DNA from: Mobula hypostoma
Lineage: Eukaryota
Assembly (NCBI RefSeq): GCF_963921235.1
Contig: NC_086097.1
Span: 228,596,001-228,660,000 of the forward strand
DNA length: 64,000 nt
Reading direction: 5' to 3'
Both the position numbers and the translations under genes were made by a program. The notes beneath the pieces are model-generated. The model searched no databases, was not told where the DNA came from, and worked only from the letters and a program-made list of their open reading frames with translations. The number at the start of each line of letters is the position of its first letter. Position 1 is the first letter of the stretch. Positions 62,966-64,000 of the stretch are shown in pieces.

Positions 62966-64000
62966 CAAACACAAGGAAATCTGCAAATGCTGGAAATTCA
63001 AGCAACACACATCAAAGTTGCTGGTGAACGCAGCAGGTCAGGCAGCATCTCTAGAAAGAGGTACAGTCGACGTTTCAGGCCGGGACCCTTCGTCAGGACT
63101 AACTGAAAGAAGAGCTAGTAAGAGATATGAAAGTGGGAGGGGCAGGGGGAGATCCAAAATGATAGGAGAAGACAGGAGGGGGAGGGATGGAGCCAAGAGC
63201 TGGACAGGTGACTGGCAAAAGGGATATGAGAGGATCATGGGATGGGAGGCCTAGTGAGAAAGAAAGGGGGAGGGGGGAAGCCCAGAGGATGGGCAAGGAG
63301 TATAGTGAGAGGGACAGAGGGAGAAAAAGGAGAGAAAAAAAAATCAATAATAATAATAAATAAATAAATAAATAATGGATAGGGTACGAAGGGGAGGTGG
63401 GGCATTAACGGAAGTTAGAGAAGTCAATGCTCATGCCATCAGGTTGGAGGCTACCCAAATGAAATACTGTATAAGGTGTTGTTCCGCTAACCTGAATGTG
63501 GCCTCATCTTGATAGTAGAGGAGGCCGTGGATAGACATATCATAATGGGAATGGAACGTGGAATTAAAATGTGTGGCCACTGGGAGATCCTGCTTTCTCT
63601 GGCTGACAGAGCGTAGGTGTTCAGCGAAACGGTCTCCCAGTCTGCGTCGAGTCTAAACAATATATAGAAGGCCGCATCGGGAGCACTGGACGCAGTATAT
63701 CACCCCAGCGGACTCACAGGTGAAGTGTCGCCTCACCTGGAAGGACTGTCTGGGGCCCTGAATGGTGGTGAGGGAGGAAGTGTAAGGGCATGTGTAGCAC
63801 TTGTTCCACTTACAAGGATAAGTGCCGGGAGGGAGATCGGTGGGAAGGGATGGGGGGGCTGAATGGACAAGGGAGTTGCGTAGGGAGCAATCCCTGCGGA
63901 ACGCGGGGGGGGGAGGGAAAGGTACTTAGTTGTGGGATCCCGTTGAAGGTGGCGGAAGCTATGGAGAATTATGTGTTGAACCCGGAGGCTGGTGGGGTGG
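62966..64000 (-). mobile_element. Neptune-type PLE 3' part, running off the window (ORF stop at 63405-63407)
   Basis: Colinear with 57680-58705 inverted. The GIY-YIG region has small indels. Confidence 0.95.
63064..63105 (-). ncRNA. Intact minimal type-I hammerhead ribozyme
   Basis: Minus strand: AGTC-CTGACGA-AGG gtcccgg CCT-GAAA-CG-TC-GACTG. Confidence 0.86.

Overview
This is repeat-saturated vertebrate genomic DNA. The TE mix (CR1, Rex1/Babar, Penelope-like, RTE, L1/Tx1, Gypsy, hAT/Tc1, tRNA-derived SINE) suggests a cartilaginous fish such as a ray or shark (inference). Most ORF-track entries are TE ORFs, their antisense shadows, or chimeras across insertion junctions. Three repeat-free islands hold phase-compatible exon candidates (24532-24655, 35792-35942, 55118-55207). 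They splice into one open C-terminal peptide of an unidentified + strand host gene, so most of the window is probably intronic. The main highlight is two Penelope-like (PLE) families whose 3' regions carry minimal type-I hammerhead ribozymes (about a dozen copies, two fully intact). Many PLE insertions are 'two-tailed': both ends come from the element 3' tail, one at the true terminus and one at a GU-rich site about 40-45 nt inside it, and three are flanked by 13-15 bp TSDs. This pattern suggests stereotyped twin priming. Other items: a perfect 36-bp hairpin inside a decayed RTE, a ~600-bp local templated insertion, a PNMA-like Gypsy with a tRNA-Pro PBS, a chromovirus remnant, and a nested MITE stack. 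No rRNA, tRNA gene or CRISPR array was seen.
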